A stretch of DNA of 64,000 bases, from contig MU054323.1 of the NCBI GenBank assembly GCA_013239625.1, forward strand, positions 14,059,950-14,123,949, in the 5' to 3' direction. The stretch comes from Lama guanicoe (lineage: Eukaryota). This document shows, piece by piece, positions 25,954 through 39,200 of the stretch (position 1 is the stretch's first letter; each line of letters opens with the position of its first letter). The position numbers and the translations under genes are program-made. Under the pieces are notes generated by a model, which saw only the letters and a program-made list of their open reading frames with translations, did no database searches and was not told the origin of the DNA.

Positions 25954-26989
25954 AGGAGAGAAAAAAGTTAAACAAGTGTTCTTCCCAGGTTAAAGTTTAA
26001 TCCAATTTGATTTAAATGATCCTTAAAAAGATTTCTAGGAAAGAAGTGATCAAGTTTTCAACTTGCCTCCCCCAGCTTCTCTCTAACATGGCTTCTGTCT
26101 CTTGTGTATGGGAAGAGGATTTTGCCTTTGCATCCTTGAGGTGAAGGGAAAGTACTCAGATCCTGTGTGATCCTCTCCTCTCTGAGTTGATGTCTTTTAT
26201 TCCAGGTATTTAATGCTGAAGTCCATGCCTGCCCTAACTCATGGTCTACTCACTGTCATGTCTAATTAAAGCCTAAGGATTCTCCCTGGCTTTCTCAGCA
26301 TCCAATCTCTTCCAGAGTCCTTGTCATGCCTTGTATCCTACTCTCTGGTTCAGTGCAAGAGACCAGCCAATGCTACAAAGTCATTTTATTAGGCACGGCA
26401 GGCCCCAGGAAGTCAACATAAAATCTATGCACCCACATGCTGAGGGCACATCTAGATATTTAAACATCTAGGTTATCCTCTGACTAACCACATTTTACCC
26501 CCAAATTGGTAAAATTATGTTTTGGTTTGGTTCAGAGAGCCAGTAGTGAGAGAATTAGTCTCTTTCTTGAGTCATAAATGCAGAACAGCCACTGCTGTTG
26601 GTGATACCTTCATTATCCAATACGTATACATTCTGTACTCCACCAAAGCCAGAGAGAGAAATATTTAGACACTTACATGTGGCATCTTCCCTCTCTCTGG
26701 AACCAAGATACAAGCTTTAGTACACATCCCCTCTCGTTCTGCCTTGATGTTCTTTATTTAAATTTTAATTCTCTATGTCCTCTCTGACTACAAAAATGGA
26801 AGGTAAAGGGTTTTAATTCTTCATTTTATCCTTCAGACTGAAGAATTCTTAAGACCAACTAGGAGGAAAGTCTTGTACTAAAAAAGGCAAAATCTAAAGG
26901 TTCACTAATTATAGTTAACATATTACCCCTGTATACAATTTAGTGTGTTGATGACAGAGTAGAGAGAAAGAAACCAATAATTAAAGAAA

Positions 26990-27235
26990 GAGGGATAATT
27001 TTAGGAGAGAAAGTCTTGTTAGGAAGAAGAGATGGAAATCTAGATCACAAATGGATATGCTGACCTTTGATAGGACCAGAGACGCTTCATCCATTTTAAA
27101 AGCAGATGGCAAGGTGGGAAGTATGGATGTAAATGCAGGAGAGTGGGAGACGTGACACAAGAGACATGGATTTCATCTGTGTTCTCCATAAGATGCAAGA
27201 CTGGTTCATCACCTGAAATTGAGAAAAGAAGAGAG
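26990..27235 (-). mobile_element. L2 fragment (probable continuation of the 25 kb L2)
   Basis: gagatggaaatctagatcacaaatgga...gacctttgataggaccagagac...gtatggatgtaaatgcagg. Confidence 0.7.
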
Positions 27236-27624
27236 AGTGCCAAAGAATTTTACTCTAAAGAGAAGATGGGAAATATTTAAAATAATTGTATTTTATTTTA
27301 TGTGAAGATATTTCTCCCATTTGGAATATAATCATATTTCAACTTATTCATGACCTCACCTTCTTTAATACCTAGGTTTATCCCTCAAGAAAGTTTTTTT
27401 TATAATAAATGACTTTATTAGTAATCAAAAATTAAATAAATTATTAATTTTTACCTTATGTATTAGCAAAAAAAAGTTAGAATACTCAGTTATGGCAAGT
27501 TGATGATAAAGCCTGTAATATGCATTTTATAAATGCATCTGAAAGAAATAAAAGTGATTCAGCTATTAAGTCTTTATTTATTCAGTAACTTTTTTTTTCT
27601 TGATTGCTTAATCTTCCCTGCATT

Positions 27625-27750
27625 CTTTTCAGTAACTGTTGAGTACCTTTTATGTGCCACTCATTGTTTTAGGCACTAGGAATGTATTAGAAAGTAAAAC
27701 AGACAAAAACCTCTGTCTTTAATGAGCTTTCCTTTTAGTAGAAAGAGGAA
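27625..27750 (-). mobile_element. L2 3' end
   Basis: ttgagtaccttttatgtgccactcattgttttaggcactaggaat...acagacaaaaacctctgtctttaatgagctt. Confidence 0.75.
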
Positions 27751-27751
27751 A

Positions 27752-27828
27752 GTTGATGTTTTATTACTTATTAATATGTATCTATTAATATTAAATAAAT
27801 AAATATTAATAAGTAATAAAACATCAAC
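27752..27828. repeat. 77-bp AT-rich near-perfect palindrome
   Basis: Perfect 26-bp arms gttgatgttttattacttattaatat (27752-27777) and atattaataagtaataaaacatcaac (27803-27828); the spacer is itself largely self-complementary. Confidence 0.95.
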
Positions 27829-27837
27829 AATAAATTA

Positions 27838-28080
27838 CAGTGGTTACCAATTGAGGGCTTATTTGTTCCAAGGACTTTGGTTAAAATATCTCTATTCATC
27901 ACATTACATAGTGCTTAAAATAATGCCCCAGATTCTGTAATCCTCACAAAAACTTTATGAGCTACTCCTCATGTCAGGGATGAAATGACTGGGAGCTTAC
28001 AAGAACCACAAGATTACACAGTACATGACAGAAAAGAGATTCTGCCTGTTTCCTTAGCCTGACTCTTCTCTCTTTACCAC
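27838..28080 (-). mobile_element. MIR fragment
   Basis: attgagggcttatttgttccaagg...taatcctcacaaaaactttatgag...gatgaaatgactggg. Confidence 0.6.
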
Positions 28081-28705
28081 AGATGCAGAAAAATCACAGG
28101 GAGGCTAATTTTTGAGTAAGAATATATTGAGCTACATAAGAATAAAACTTTCATAGAATTGTCAAAGAGAATAGCATAAATGGAAATAAAATTGGAGTAC
28201 ACACATGGCTGCAGATGAAACTTATAAGGACCATACAACGTCTGTGGGAAGAAATATAAAGACAGATAAATAAATGAGTGAAAAAGAGCAGAATGCGTTA
28301 GTTCATCACGTTTTAAACACTGGCCTCTGCACCCCCAGTTTCAGGCCATCCACCACCTAATCTGGATGAAGAGCTATTGATGATCAAAGTTAAAACTTGT
28401 GTTTAAAATGCAGGTCTATAATTGCCAAGAAATTGAATTTAACTATTCATCACATGAAAATTTATTCATAATGTGTGGTGGTCATCATTCTAAAGCAATT
28501 GATTTTTGTTAAAAATCTGAATTTCGGAATCTAGGCATGACATAGATTGTATCAAACTACCTTAATTTGGGGAGCTTCTATAGATACTTGTGTTTAGGTA
28601 GGTATGGATATGTCTGGCTGGGGATACCTATATTCTTACCTAGAGATAGAAAACAAATTTTATGTGCATTACAGAATTACTCTTCCAGTAACCTCCCCAG
28701 CTGCT

Positions 28706-29336
28706 TCCATTTTACCATCATCCCTCACCTGGATTCCTCACAGGTGTCTTTGTGTCTTCCCTTGCCCCTCCCAATCTATTTTAATCTACTAATGAAGTAA
28801 TCTTGTTAAAATATGAGATGATGTCACTTTTCTGTTTAAATATCTCACAGTGGTGCTCCATTTCATTCAGGTTCAAAGCCTACAAGGCTTTACATGTTTA
28901 GGTGTCTAGATACTTTATGATCTTATCTTCCACTACCTTTTTCTTTGTATACTCCATTCCATCCACACTCACTCCCTTCCCATTTCTCTGACATGTCAGA
29001 CAGGTTGTCACATTAGGGCCTTTGAGTTAGGGGACAGTTGCCTCTGTTCTGAAGACTCACAGGTACTTGTATGACTAACTTCCTGCCTCCTGGGGGGCCC
29101 TTGTTCCAATATCTAAATGTCACTTTTTCCAAGAAGCAGATCTAGTTCCAACTTGCTCTGACTTTTTTCAAACATACTCATAATATATCCATTTATTGCA
29201 ATCATTTCACTTTTCCTATCTCCCCTTGCAAGAAAGTAAATGCTAGGAGGGAGGGCTATTAATCTGTTTGGCTCACTAGTTATAACTCAGTTGCTAGGCA
29301 CACAGTAGACCATCAATAAATATTTTATGAATGACT
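28706..29336 (+). mobile_element. L2a 3' region
   Basis: accatcatccctcacctggatt...gatgtcacttttctgtttaaa...agggcctttg...ggcacacagtagaccatcaataaatattttatgaatga. Confidence 0.9.
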
Positions 29337-30224
29337 GGCTTTTTTAAAATATCAGTAACCAGTGTTTTATTGCTGAATACAGTGAACGTGCACACAGCTG
29401 GTACTCAAAAAATATGTGGATTTATTGATTTTCTAAAGTTTGTAGATGTTCTCAGATCTCCCTGATCTAATTTTCCTAGGACTTACACCGACACTTTCCT
29501 ATTTGTCCCTTCCTTATGGTGAAATCTCTATTTCCCTAATATTTAGAATTTAGGCATATTGATTCTGTTTGTTGAACTCAGTAGTTTTGAGACTAACTCT
29601 CCCTCCTGTTTACTCTTTGCTTGTCCTGAGCAGTTGGTTGCCTGAGTGAGTTTTCTGTTTGTGTCAAATTGGAGGCCAGACTACCATGTGTCAGTTCCCT
29701 ATTATTCTATTCATCCATCTCGCACTTCATTCTTTATACACATATATAATAAAGACACAAATATGTATTGCTGTTAATCATGAGAATCATCTGAACTTGA
29801 TCATAGCAGTTTTATCATACCCAGAAGTGTCTTCAAACTATAATTTACTGTAGTATATAGGTTTTGTTAGACCATTACTCTTATCCTCAATTTTTACAAG
29901 GTTTTCTTCTTAAAATTACCTGTGTAGTCTACTTCTATTTCTAATGTACTAGCTGATAACTTTATTTTTATTCATTCTCTCTTTTGAAGGTAGAACATTC
30001 TATAAATCCTTTTTTGGAGTATAGGTAAATCATTACACAGAGTTATTTGGTCATTTAGCTGTGAGAGCAGATGGCACAGATTTGGAATTGATGGAAAAAT
30101 TTCCAGTTGGATTTACCCTGCCTCTATTCCCAGTGAAACTAATAACATGAGTACATATGCATATCAGTACCATCATTTGGTATGTTCTAAAAACTCCCTA
30201 GTTAAGAGTAATTAGAAAAACACT

Positions 30225-31310
30225 TCAGTTTATGGTAATGCCAGACTGAGATATTTGAACCAACCCTCTTGCTGATTATAATTTAAAAATATAGGTGAAC
30301 TAAAGAAAAACTTTTTAAGTATCAAATCATTAACAAGGTAGTGAGGAATAACTGTACCAAAATGTAAGGGAAGAAAGAATTCAAAGAGATGAGCCTGGAA
30401 TTTGGCAGTTCTTTGTCCCACGACTGTTTACTAATCTGGAGGAGGAGCTGAGAAGGTCTTTGACAGAGTTTCAGGACTTCAGAGACAAAAATTGGAGTTC
30501 AGTGCTTGCCAAAAGTGAGGTACCTGGATGAACTTCCATGACTTAAATCTGAGATCCAAATATAGGAATAATTTTGAGTCAGAAGTCAGTCTCAGAACAG
30601 ATTGTAGCCCGCTGTCAAGTCATTTAGATGGTTCAGAAAAACTGGGTGAAGGTGAACCTGGAAAACTAGAACATCCAGGCACCTATAAAAGCAAATGAAA
30701 GTTCTCTCTGGAAGATAATAACATCATCTTGAGCCTCAAATTATTTATTTTCAAATGCTGTCTGGCAACAAAGCTCACAGGGGGCACAGGGAGAGAAGGC
30801 AATACAAAGAAGCACTACAAACAGTAAATAACAAAGACCCATGGGTATTGTCAGAGTAGAAATATTATGCTCAGATTGGGGAAAAAGTAATATAATATGT
30901 TCACTATGCCCATGGAAATAAAAGCTGAACTTAAAAAATACTATCAATGATTTGGAAACTAACTTAATATTGTGATTTTAAAGAAAAGAACTGACTAGAA
31001 ATTCTAAAACTGAAAAATTCAGTAACCAAAGTTAAGAACGTAGAAGATAGATTTAAAGACAGATTAAACAGATAAGGAGCGAATTCATAAATCAGAAAAT
31101 AGTTCAAAAGAAACCATCCAGAATGAAGCTGAAGAAACAAAGATCCAGAGGATACAGTAAGAAGGTTTCACATACGTTTACTTGTTATTGAAGAAGAGAG
31201 GAAAGTAGATATATGGCGAAAGAAATACTTGCAGAGACTGTAATTTTCCAAAATTTTTGGAAGACGTTATGTAATAGAGTTACAAGGTCCCATGAATTAC
31301 AAGGAAAACT
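30225..31310 (+). mobile_element. Ancient L1 (L1ME/L1M-type) 5'UTR-ORF1 fragment
   Basis: Decayed ORF1 coiled-coil LEILKLKNSVTKVKNVEDRFKDRLN...KETIQNEAEE at ~30995-31140; L1ME-like 5' end. Confidence 0.7.
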
Positions 31311-34300
31311 ATTAAGTCCTAATTGGGAGGAAAAATTATATAAATCTGTGAATTTTGTTCAATTGAGGGGTATTTTATTAGAAATATTCTGTGTTAATTA
31401 GTACAATCGATATAAACCATACTAGGAAAATGCTTTCTGGTTAGAGGTTCCACTTTAATCAATATATCTTAACGGATTTATTATTAACATGTTTGAAAGT
31501 ATATGTAAAAATGACTGAAAGTGGTTTATTTTATAAAATGGTTATAGATTCTCCATATATGATATATTTTCTTTGTGAATCCAGTTTGTTTGAACAATGA
31601 AAGAATAATTTCAACAATATGCAAATTATGATAGATTGAAAATTAATGTGTTCTAAATTTGTATATACTGACCTTGGTGTAGTGAGATGAAACCACCATT
31701 GTCCTCTCAGATTTCAAACTTTATATGAATCTTTCATATAGAGTTTTTATATGATATTAAATCAAGAAAAACAGCTCTCCAATATCTGGGCTTTTGCTGC
31801 CCTTCCCCCTTTTAAAAACTATTTCTTTGGTAGACAAATGGAAAGGTTGCAATAATGTAAAAGAGCTTAGAGGAAAGCCTTTGTATTTCTGTATGTCTAC
31901 CATCTAATTTTTTAATTAAGAGTGACTGTAGTTGGCATCTCTAGAGCCTGCCGTATGTTTAGGGTATGTAAATGACAAAGATTCCCCATATCCCAATTTT
32001 TTGCTTCTGACTTTCAGATATTCTCTGTGTTAAATTTCCAGTCTAAAGTTGAGATGAAACTTTCAGTTACAGAGTACAATTTTCCTTCTTGAGCTATAGA
32101 TACTGGATGGTAATCTCAAAAATTTCCCACCAGAGGCTCAACTGGGAGTCAAGTGATGAAAGGAAATAAAAGAAATCTTGGCTGATTTTCATGAAATAAC
32201 CTCCTGCCTGGCACAGACCCATATTGGACATTAGAGTGATCTTCAGAGAGGCTTGGGGAATGGAACTGAATGAGTCTTCACAGCAGGGCTGCAGTGTCTG
32301 TGAGACATGCTCAGGAGTATTCATGGCAGAAAAAAACCAGGAGCTGGTGAATCTTGCTAAAAACTGACTCTAGTACCCCATCAGTCAGTGACACTGTGGT
32401 TAAACCACTTCCCCACCTCCATGTGCTAAGGAGAGAATTTTGAGGTGCAATATGTAGGGAATGTTTGTTTTTTAATGATTTAAAAATTTTTTAATTTCTC
32501 CATTTTGTTTTTTATTAACATCATTTAGTGAGAGGTGCTCATCTTTTTTCTGTCACAAGCAAGGATGAAAATGTGTGCTTTTTGAAAGAGAGGAATGGAA
32601 ACTAGAAAGAAATTAGAGCAGAGACAGGAGAGAATAAGTGGGATAAAACAGATAAAAAATAACAAAATAAAAACAAAGTAATAATAAGCATTGAGTGCCA
32701 TATTATTACCTGATAATTTTATATGCTTCTTATGGAAACTATAATGGAGAAAATTAAAATGAGGAAAAAATATAAAGAAGATATTAAAAATCTTCCATAT
32801 TAAAAATACACTCAGAAAAGTTTTAGGTTGTCCTTTCTTACCTCTTTCCTTTTTTTCTTTTCTTCCTTCCTCTATTTTTCTTTCCTGAAAGATACCTTTT
32901 AAATTAATCTTTGAACTTTCATAGACATTTTGGTTAAAAGATGCCCTATTCTTTTATAAGACTTGAGGTCGTGTCTATGTGAATTCCTGATACTCTTTCC
33001 AGTCATTTAATTTTAAGGTTTAGAGGCCTAGGGAGCTGTATGAAATCCCTCTCAATTGTCCTAAAGCTGTTCGAAGTCAGTTTCCTTAGATACTTACAGT
33101 ATAGTAAAGAAAAATCCCCTCAGGTATATCAGAATACAAGGAGCCTTGTTTTTAAGTGTGCAGTCTGCTATGTTCTGGGAGAGAAGTCTTTGTCATTCTG
33201 AATCAAAATCTTTTAGGTCCACCAAATCTCTAGAACTGCCATTTAGTTCCCACTAAATGGCTTTTCACTGCAACAAGGGCTTGTTCCCACATTGTGGCAT
33301 TTCTGAACCAAGTTAGGGCATTTCTCTCCAGGTTTTATGAATTCCTTCTGGACCAATTTGTCTCTACTGAAATAAGACCTTATTGGTAAAGAAACTAAAG
33401 TAGACATAAGAATAGAATAGTGATGATGGTGGCAAGTTGATCAAGTTTACAGCCAGAAAATTGAAAGGGAGATAGCATATCTTGAAATTGAGGCAAAAAG
33501 TGCAATAATTTCAGGAAACTCCCACTAAAGCTTTCCAGCCAGGGAAAAGAGACTAAACAGGAGATCCAGCAGGTCAAAGTGACATAAAATCAAAACCATC
33601 AAAATGACTTCTAGCTAAATTGCTGTTTTATCAACTCTAAGGAATCAAGTCTTTCCAGTACCTGTTGTCTCAGGTACTCAAAAATGACCTTAGAAGTTAG
33701 GTCTTAATAGGCTCATTGAACTGGTCATCTCTCCTCACATTTTAACCTCTGGGGTAGTCTGAGTTACACAGTAGCACCTGTGAAGATAAAGGAATCTCAT
33801 ATAGAGGAACATATCTGATCAAATTTAGTTTATTTTTTATTTTACAGAGGATTTTCCTTGTTATTAATGGTAAGGACAAAGAGAAACAGAATATACTAAA
33901 ACCAAGCTAGTTTAAAAATTAGTGCTAGATACTTGGATGAGGAATACTTCCTTTATCTCCTTCATCATTTGAGCAAGGCAATTACACTTTTTTTTTATTG
34001 ATATGACCCTTCTTATTATATGACCCTAGCTTATGGCACTATTTGGCCGTGGTTTGCCATCTTTGGTCATCAATATCAGTGAGCATGTATCAGAGACATG
34101 CTTTTCTCATGCAAGGATAGGGTAGGATGCTGTGGGCATGTAACAAGTCCAAGGAAATTAATGGTGCTGTAAGAGTGTGTGTGTGGGGGAGGGGGTGCAG
34201 GTGAGGATGGTTGCTTATAACACTTGGGAGAATTAACTCATGAGTTCCCTGATGTTTTCCATGTTTTGGAACACTGTCCTTCCTTGCTGGATGAGTAGTA

Positions 34301-34421
34301 ACATGATGGGCAGACGGGTGAAGGATAAGGACAGGGATGTCGTATGGGAAAGCTGAGAAAGCCTCTTACCATGTTTATACATAGTTTGGCTTTTGTTAAT
34401 GTTTACATCTTGCATTTGAAC

Positions 34422-34753
34422 TTTTTTTGTTATAGTTAATTTACAATATTGTGTTACTTTCAGGTGTACAGCAAAGTGGTTTAGTTGTATACATACATAC
34501 ATATATTCTTTTTCAGATTCTTTTCCGTTATAGGTTATAACAAGATGTTAAATATAGTTCCCTGTGCTATACAGAAAACCCTTGTTGTTTATCTGTTTTA
34601 TGTATAGTAATGTGTATCTGTTAATCCCATATTCCTTGTTTATCCCTCCCCTCTTTCCCCTTTGGTAACCATAAATTTATTTTCTATATCTGTGAGTCTG
34701 TTTCTGTTTTATAAATAAGTTCATTTGTATTATTTTTTTAGATTCCGTATATA
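34422..34753 (-). mobile_element. Short 5'-truncated L1 3'UTR, cetartiodactyl-type
   Basis: Same 3'UTR family as 1848-2843 (tatagttaatttacaatattgtg...ttcccctttggtaaccataaa...tttagattcc). Confidence 0.92.
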
Positions 34754-36225
34754 AACTTCTTGTTACCCTGTATGAAAAATTTTGTTTTCAAAAGATCATT
34801 ACAAGGTAAAAGAAGAAGAGGAGAATAGCAAAAATAAGATTATCCTAGAAGTGAAGAGTGTATAGGTTTGAAAGGTTTAAAGTTTTGTATGTAAAAAAGT
34901 GGGGGAAAGCAGAAAACTAAAATGCAAAGTTTCACAGTAAGACATTTAAGTACATTAAGTGTTTAGAGAGGATTCAAAACAAGAAAAAAGGCTTGGGGCT
35001 AGTAAGATTTAAAAACAATTAAATGAGATACAAGAAAACAAGAAATGAGGACCCATGAGGGAGAGTGAAAAATTTCAAGTTGGATTCAAATACAGCTCTA
35101 ATTAAGAAATAAGAAAGGTAAGGAGCAAAAAAGTAAACTTTATTTAAAAAGTAGAAACACTGTAAAGTAAATACATTATTTTTGTTAAGTAATTAAAACA
35201 TAGTGAATATAAATAACATATTTAAAATACGTAAATAAAAATTCAGCTTTATGAGTAAAGGAGACTAGAAAAATTAAAATTAAAAACACCGAAAGAATGA
35301 TTCAAAGCAGACAGAGTTTAAATTTATTAGTTTCGATCTAATTTCTCTTAGTTAACAATTCCCTACTGAAGCTATTTCTCTGATGTAACTACTTTTCACC
35401 TGCCTCAAAAGGCTCCAATAGCAAGATTTCAAGCCTGAGAAAGATGCAGCTTGGCTTCTTAATCCATCAGGCAGACAAGTGTCTAAGAAAGAGAAGAAGT
35501 GGAAAAAGTGGGAATCCCTTGCTGCCCTAGAGACCTTAGGAAACATCCCACTTTTTACTAATTGCCAACATCTTTCTCAGAAAAAAGTGAAACTTCAAAG
35601 GTGATTAGGACAAAGGATGGGGGACAAAGCCCAAGGCTTAAGTAAGGATCAAAGCAATTACATTTAAGTAGCAATTAAAATTATTATTAAATTTTATTAA
35701 ATTATTAAATGCTTATTAAAATGCTGCATCTTTGATGGGAATGTTCATAATTTGACTCTTTCCATTCTCTTTCCTTGTGTTCATTTTTATGTGGGTTATG
35801 TTGGAGCCAAACAGAAGAGTTTAATGTTACTTGTGCTTAGTGACACACAGATTTGAGCCTTTGTTTACAGTGTCTTCTTCTTGACTACTCTCTTCACCTA
35901 TTCATATGAACGTATCTAAATCCTGCCTTTTTTTTAAATTGAGATATAATTTGTTTACAATATTATATTAATTTCAAGGGTCCAACAGAATGAAAATTTT
36001 TATAGATTATACTTCATTCTTAGTTATTATAAAATATTGGTTATAGTCCATCTGCTGTACAATATGTCCTTGTAGCTTATTTCATACATAGTCGTTTGTA
36101 CTTCTTGATCCCTTACCCCTGTTTTGCCCCTCTCTCTTTCCTGCTCCCCACTGGTAACCACTAGTTTGTTCTCTATATCTGTGATTCTGTTTCTTTTTGT
36201 TATATTCGCTAGTGTGTTTTATTTT

Positions 36226-39200
36226 TTAGTTCTACATATAGGTGATAACATACAATATTTGTACTTCTCTGTGTCCATTCATACTGTTGCAATGGCAATT
36301 TTTTTTCTTTTTATGGTGGAGTAGTATTCCATTGTATAAATACAGCACAACTTCTTTATCCAGTCATCTGTCAATGGGCATTTAGGTTGCTTCCATGTCT
36401 TGGCTATTGTATATAGTGCTGCTATGAACATTGGGTGCATGTATTTTTTCAAATTAAGAGTTCCCTCTGGATATATGCCCAGAAGTGGGATTGCTGGATC
36501 ACAGGGTAACTCATTTTTATTTTTTTGAGGAACCTCCATACTGTTTTCTGTAATACCTGCACCAAACTACATTCCCACCAGCAGTGTATGAGGGTTTCGT
36601 TTTCTCCCCATACTTGCCAACATATGTTAAATGTAGTCTTTTTGATTATAGATATTCTGACAGGTATCAGGTGATATTTCACTGTGGTTTTGATTTGCAT
36701 TTATATGATAATTAGCAATGTTGAACATCTCTTCATATGTCTGTTGACCATCTGTATGTCTTCTTTGGTAAAATGTCTGTTCATGTCTTGTGCCTCCTTT
36801 TTAATCCAGTTGTTTGGGGTTTTTTTGATATTGAGTTGTGTGAGCTATTTATATATTTTGGATATTAACTCTTTATTAGTCATATAATTTTCTCCCATTC
36901 AGTAGGTTGTCTTTTCATTATGTTTATGGTTTCTTTTGCTGCACAAAAGCTTTTAAGTTTAATTAGGGCCCATTTGTTTACTTTTGCATTTATATCTTTG
37001 CCTTAGGAGACAGATCCAAGAAAATACAATTTATGTCAAAGAGTATTTGCCTATGTTTTTTCCTAGAGTTTTATGGTTTCTGGTTTTTCATTTAATCCAT
37101 TTTGAGTTTATCTTTGTAAATAGTGTGAGGAAACATTCTAATTTCATTTTCTGCATGTAGCCACCTAGTTTTCCCAGTACCACTTATTGAAGACTCTGAC
37201 TATCTTTTCCCCATTTTATGTTCTTGTCTTTTGTGTCATAGATTAATTGACCAAAGAAGTGTGGGTTTCTTTCTGAATTCTCAATTCTGTTACATTGATC
37301 TGTGTGTTGTTTAGGAGCCAGTGCTATACTATTTTGATTGTTGTAACTTGTAGTATTATCTGAAGTCAGGGAGCATGATACTTCCTGCTGTATTCTTCTT
37401 TCTCAAGATTGTTTTGCCAATTCAGAGTATTTTGTGCTTTCATAAACACTTTAAAATTATTTGCTCTAGTTCTGTGAAAAATACCATTGGTATTTTGATA
37501 GTGATTGCCTTGAATCTGTAGACTGCCTTGAGTAGTATGGTAATTTTAATAATATTAATTCTTCTAGTCCATGAAAACATTATATTCTTCCATCTGTTTG
37601 TGTCCTCTTCAGTTTCTTTTATCAATGTCTTATAGTTTTCCAAGTACAGGTCTTCTACCTCCTTATGTAGGAATACTTTTATCCTAAGTATTTTATTCTT
37701 CTTGATGTAATTGTGAATGAGATTGTTTCCTTAATTTTTCTTTCTGATAGTTCATTGTTAGTGTATAAAAATGCCAACAGATTTCTGTCTATTAATTTTG
37801 TATCCTGCAAATTACTGAATTCATTGATGAGCTCTAGTAGTTTTTTGGTGGCATCATTAAGATTTTCTGTGTATAGTATTATGTCATCTGAGACAGTTTT
37901 ACTTTTTGCTTTTCAATTTGGATTATTTTCATTTCTCTTTTTTTCTCTGATTGCTGTGGCCGGGGCTTTCAGTATTATGTTGAATAAAAGTGGTGAATAT
38001 CTTCTTTCTGATCTCAGAGGAAATACTTTCAGCTTTCCACTATTGAGTATGTTAGCTGGGCCTATCATATATGGCCTTTATTATATTGTGTTCTCTGTAC
38101 ATTAACTTTCTGTTCTACTGCCATACCACCCTGAACGCGTCTGATCTCGTCTCTACATTCACTTTCTGGAGAATTTTTTTTAATCATAAATGGACATTGA
38201 TTTTGTCAGAAGCTTTTTCTGCATCTACTGAGATGAAATCATGTGGTTTTTATTGTTTAATTTGTTAATGCTGTGTATTACATTGATTGATTTGTGAGTA
38301 TTGAATCATTCTTACATCCCTAGGGTAAATCCCAGTTGATCATCATGTATGATCTTTTGAATGTATTGTTGGATTCAGTTTGCTAATATTTTGGATTTTT
38401 GCATCTATATTTATCAATAATTTTGACATGTAATTTTCTTTTCTTATGATAACTTTGCTTTTGGTATCAGGGTGATTTTGGCCTCATAGAATGAGCTCAG
38501 AAACGTTACTTCCTCTGCAATTTTTTAGAATACTTTGAGAAAGATAGGTATTAATTCTTCTCTAAATGTTTAGTAAAATTCACCTAGGAAGCCATCTGGT
38601 CCCAGACCTTTGTTTATTGTGAGGTTTTTTTTTTTAATTACTGATTTAGTTTTATTACTGGGAAATGGCCTTTTCATAGTTCCTATTTCTTCTTGATTCA
38701 ATCTATTTTTAGGAATTTGTCCATTTCTTCTAGGTTGTCCATTTTATTGGCATCTAGCTGTTCACACTAATCTCTTACATTCCTTTGTGTTTCTATGATG
38801 GGTTGTAACTTCTCATTTTTCATTTCTGGTTTTATTGATTTGGGCCATCTTGTCTTTTTTTTCTGATCAGTCTGACTAATGGTTTATCAGTTTTGTTTAT
38901 CTTTTCGAAGAAATAGCTCTTAGATCAGTTTCATTGATCTTATCTATTGGTTTTTTTTTTTAGTTTCTTTCATTTATTTCTGCTCCAATCTTTATATTTT
39001 TTTTTCTTCTCCTAACTTTGAAGTTTCTTTGTTCTTCTTTTTATAGTTCCTTTAGGTATAAGTTTAGGTTGTTTTTGTATTTTTTTCTTGTTTTCTGAGG
39101 TAAGCTTCTATTGCTGTAAACTTTTCTCTTAGAATTGTTTTTGTTGCATCCTATAAATTTGGATCCTTGTGTTTTTGTTTTGATTTGTCTCTCTGTTTTT

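Noticed and set aside
26649..26700. 10-bp inverted repeat ccagagagag/ctctctctgg
   Set aside because: Short and low-complexity; expected by chance.
32990..33330. Possible minus-strand L3/CR1 relic
   Set aside because: Similarity too weak to call by eye.
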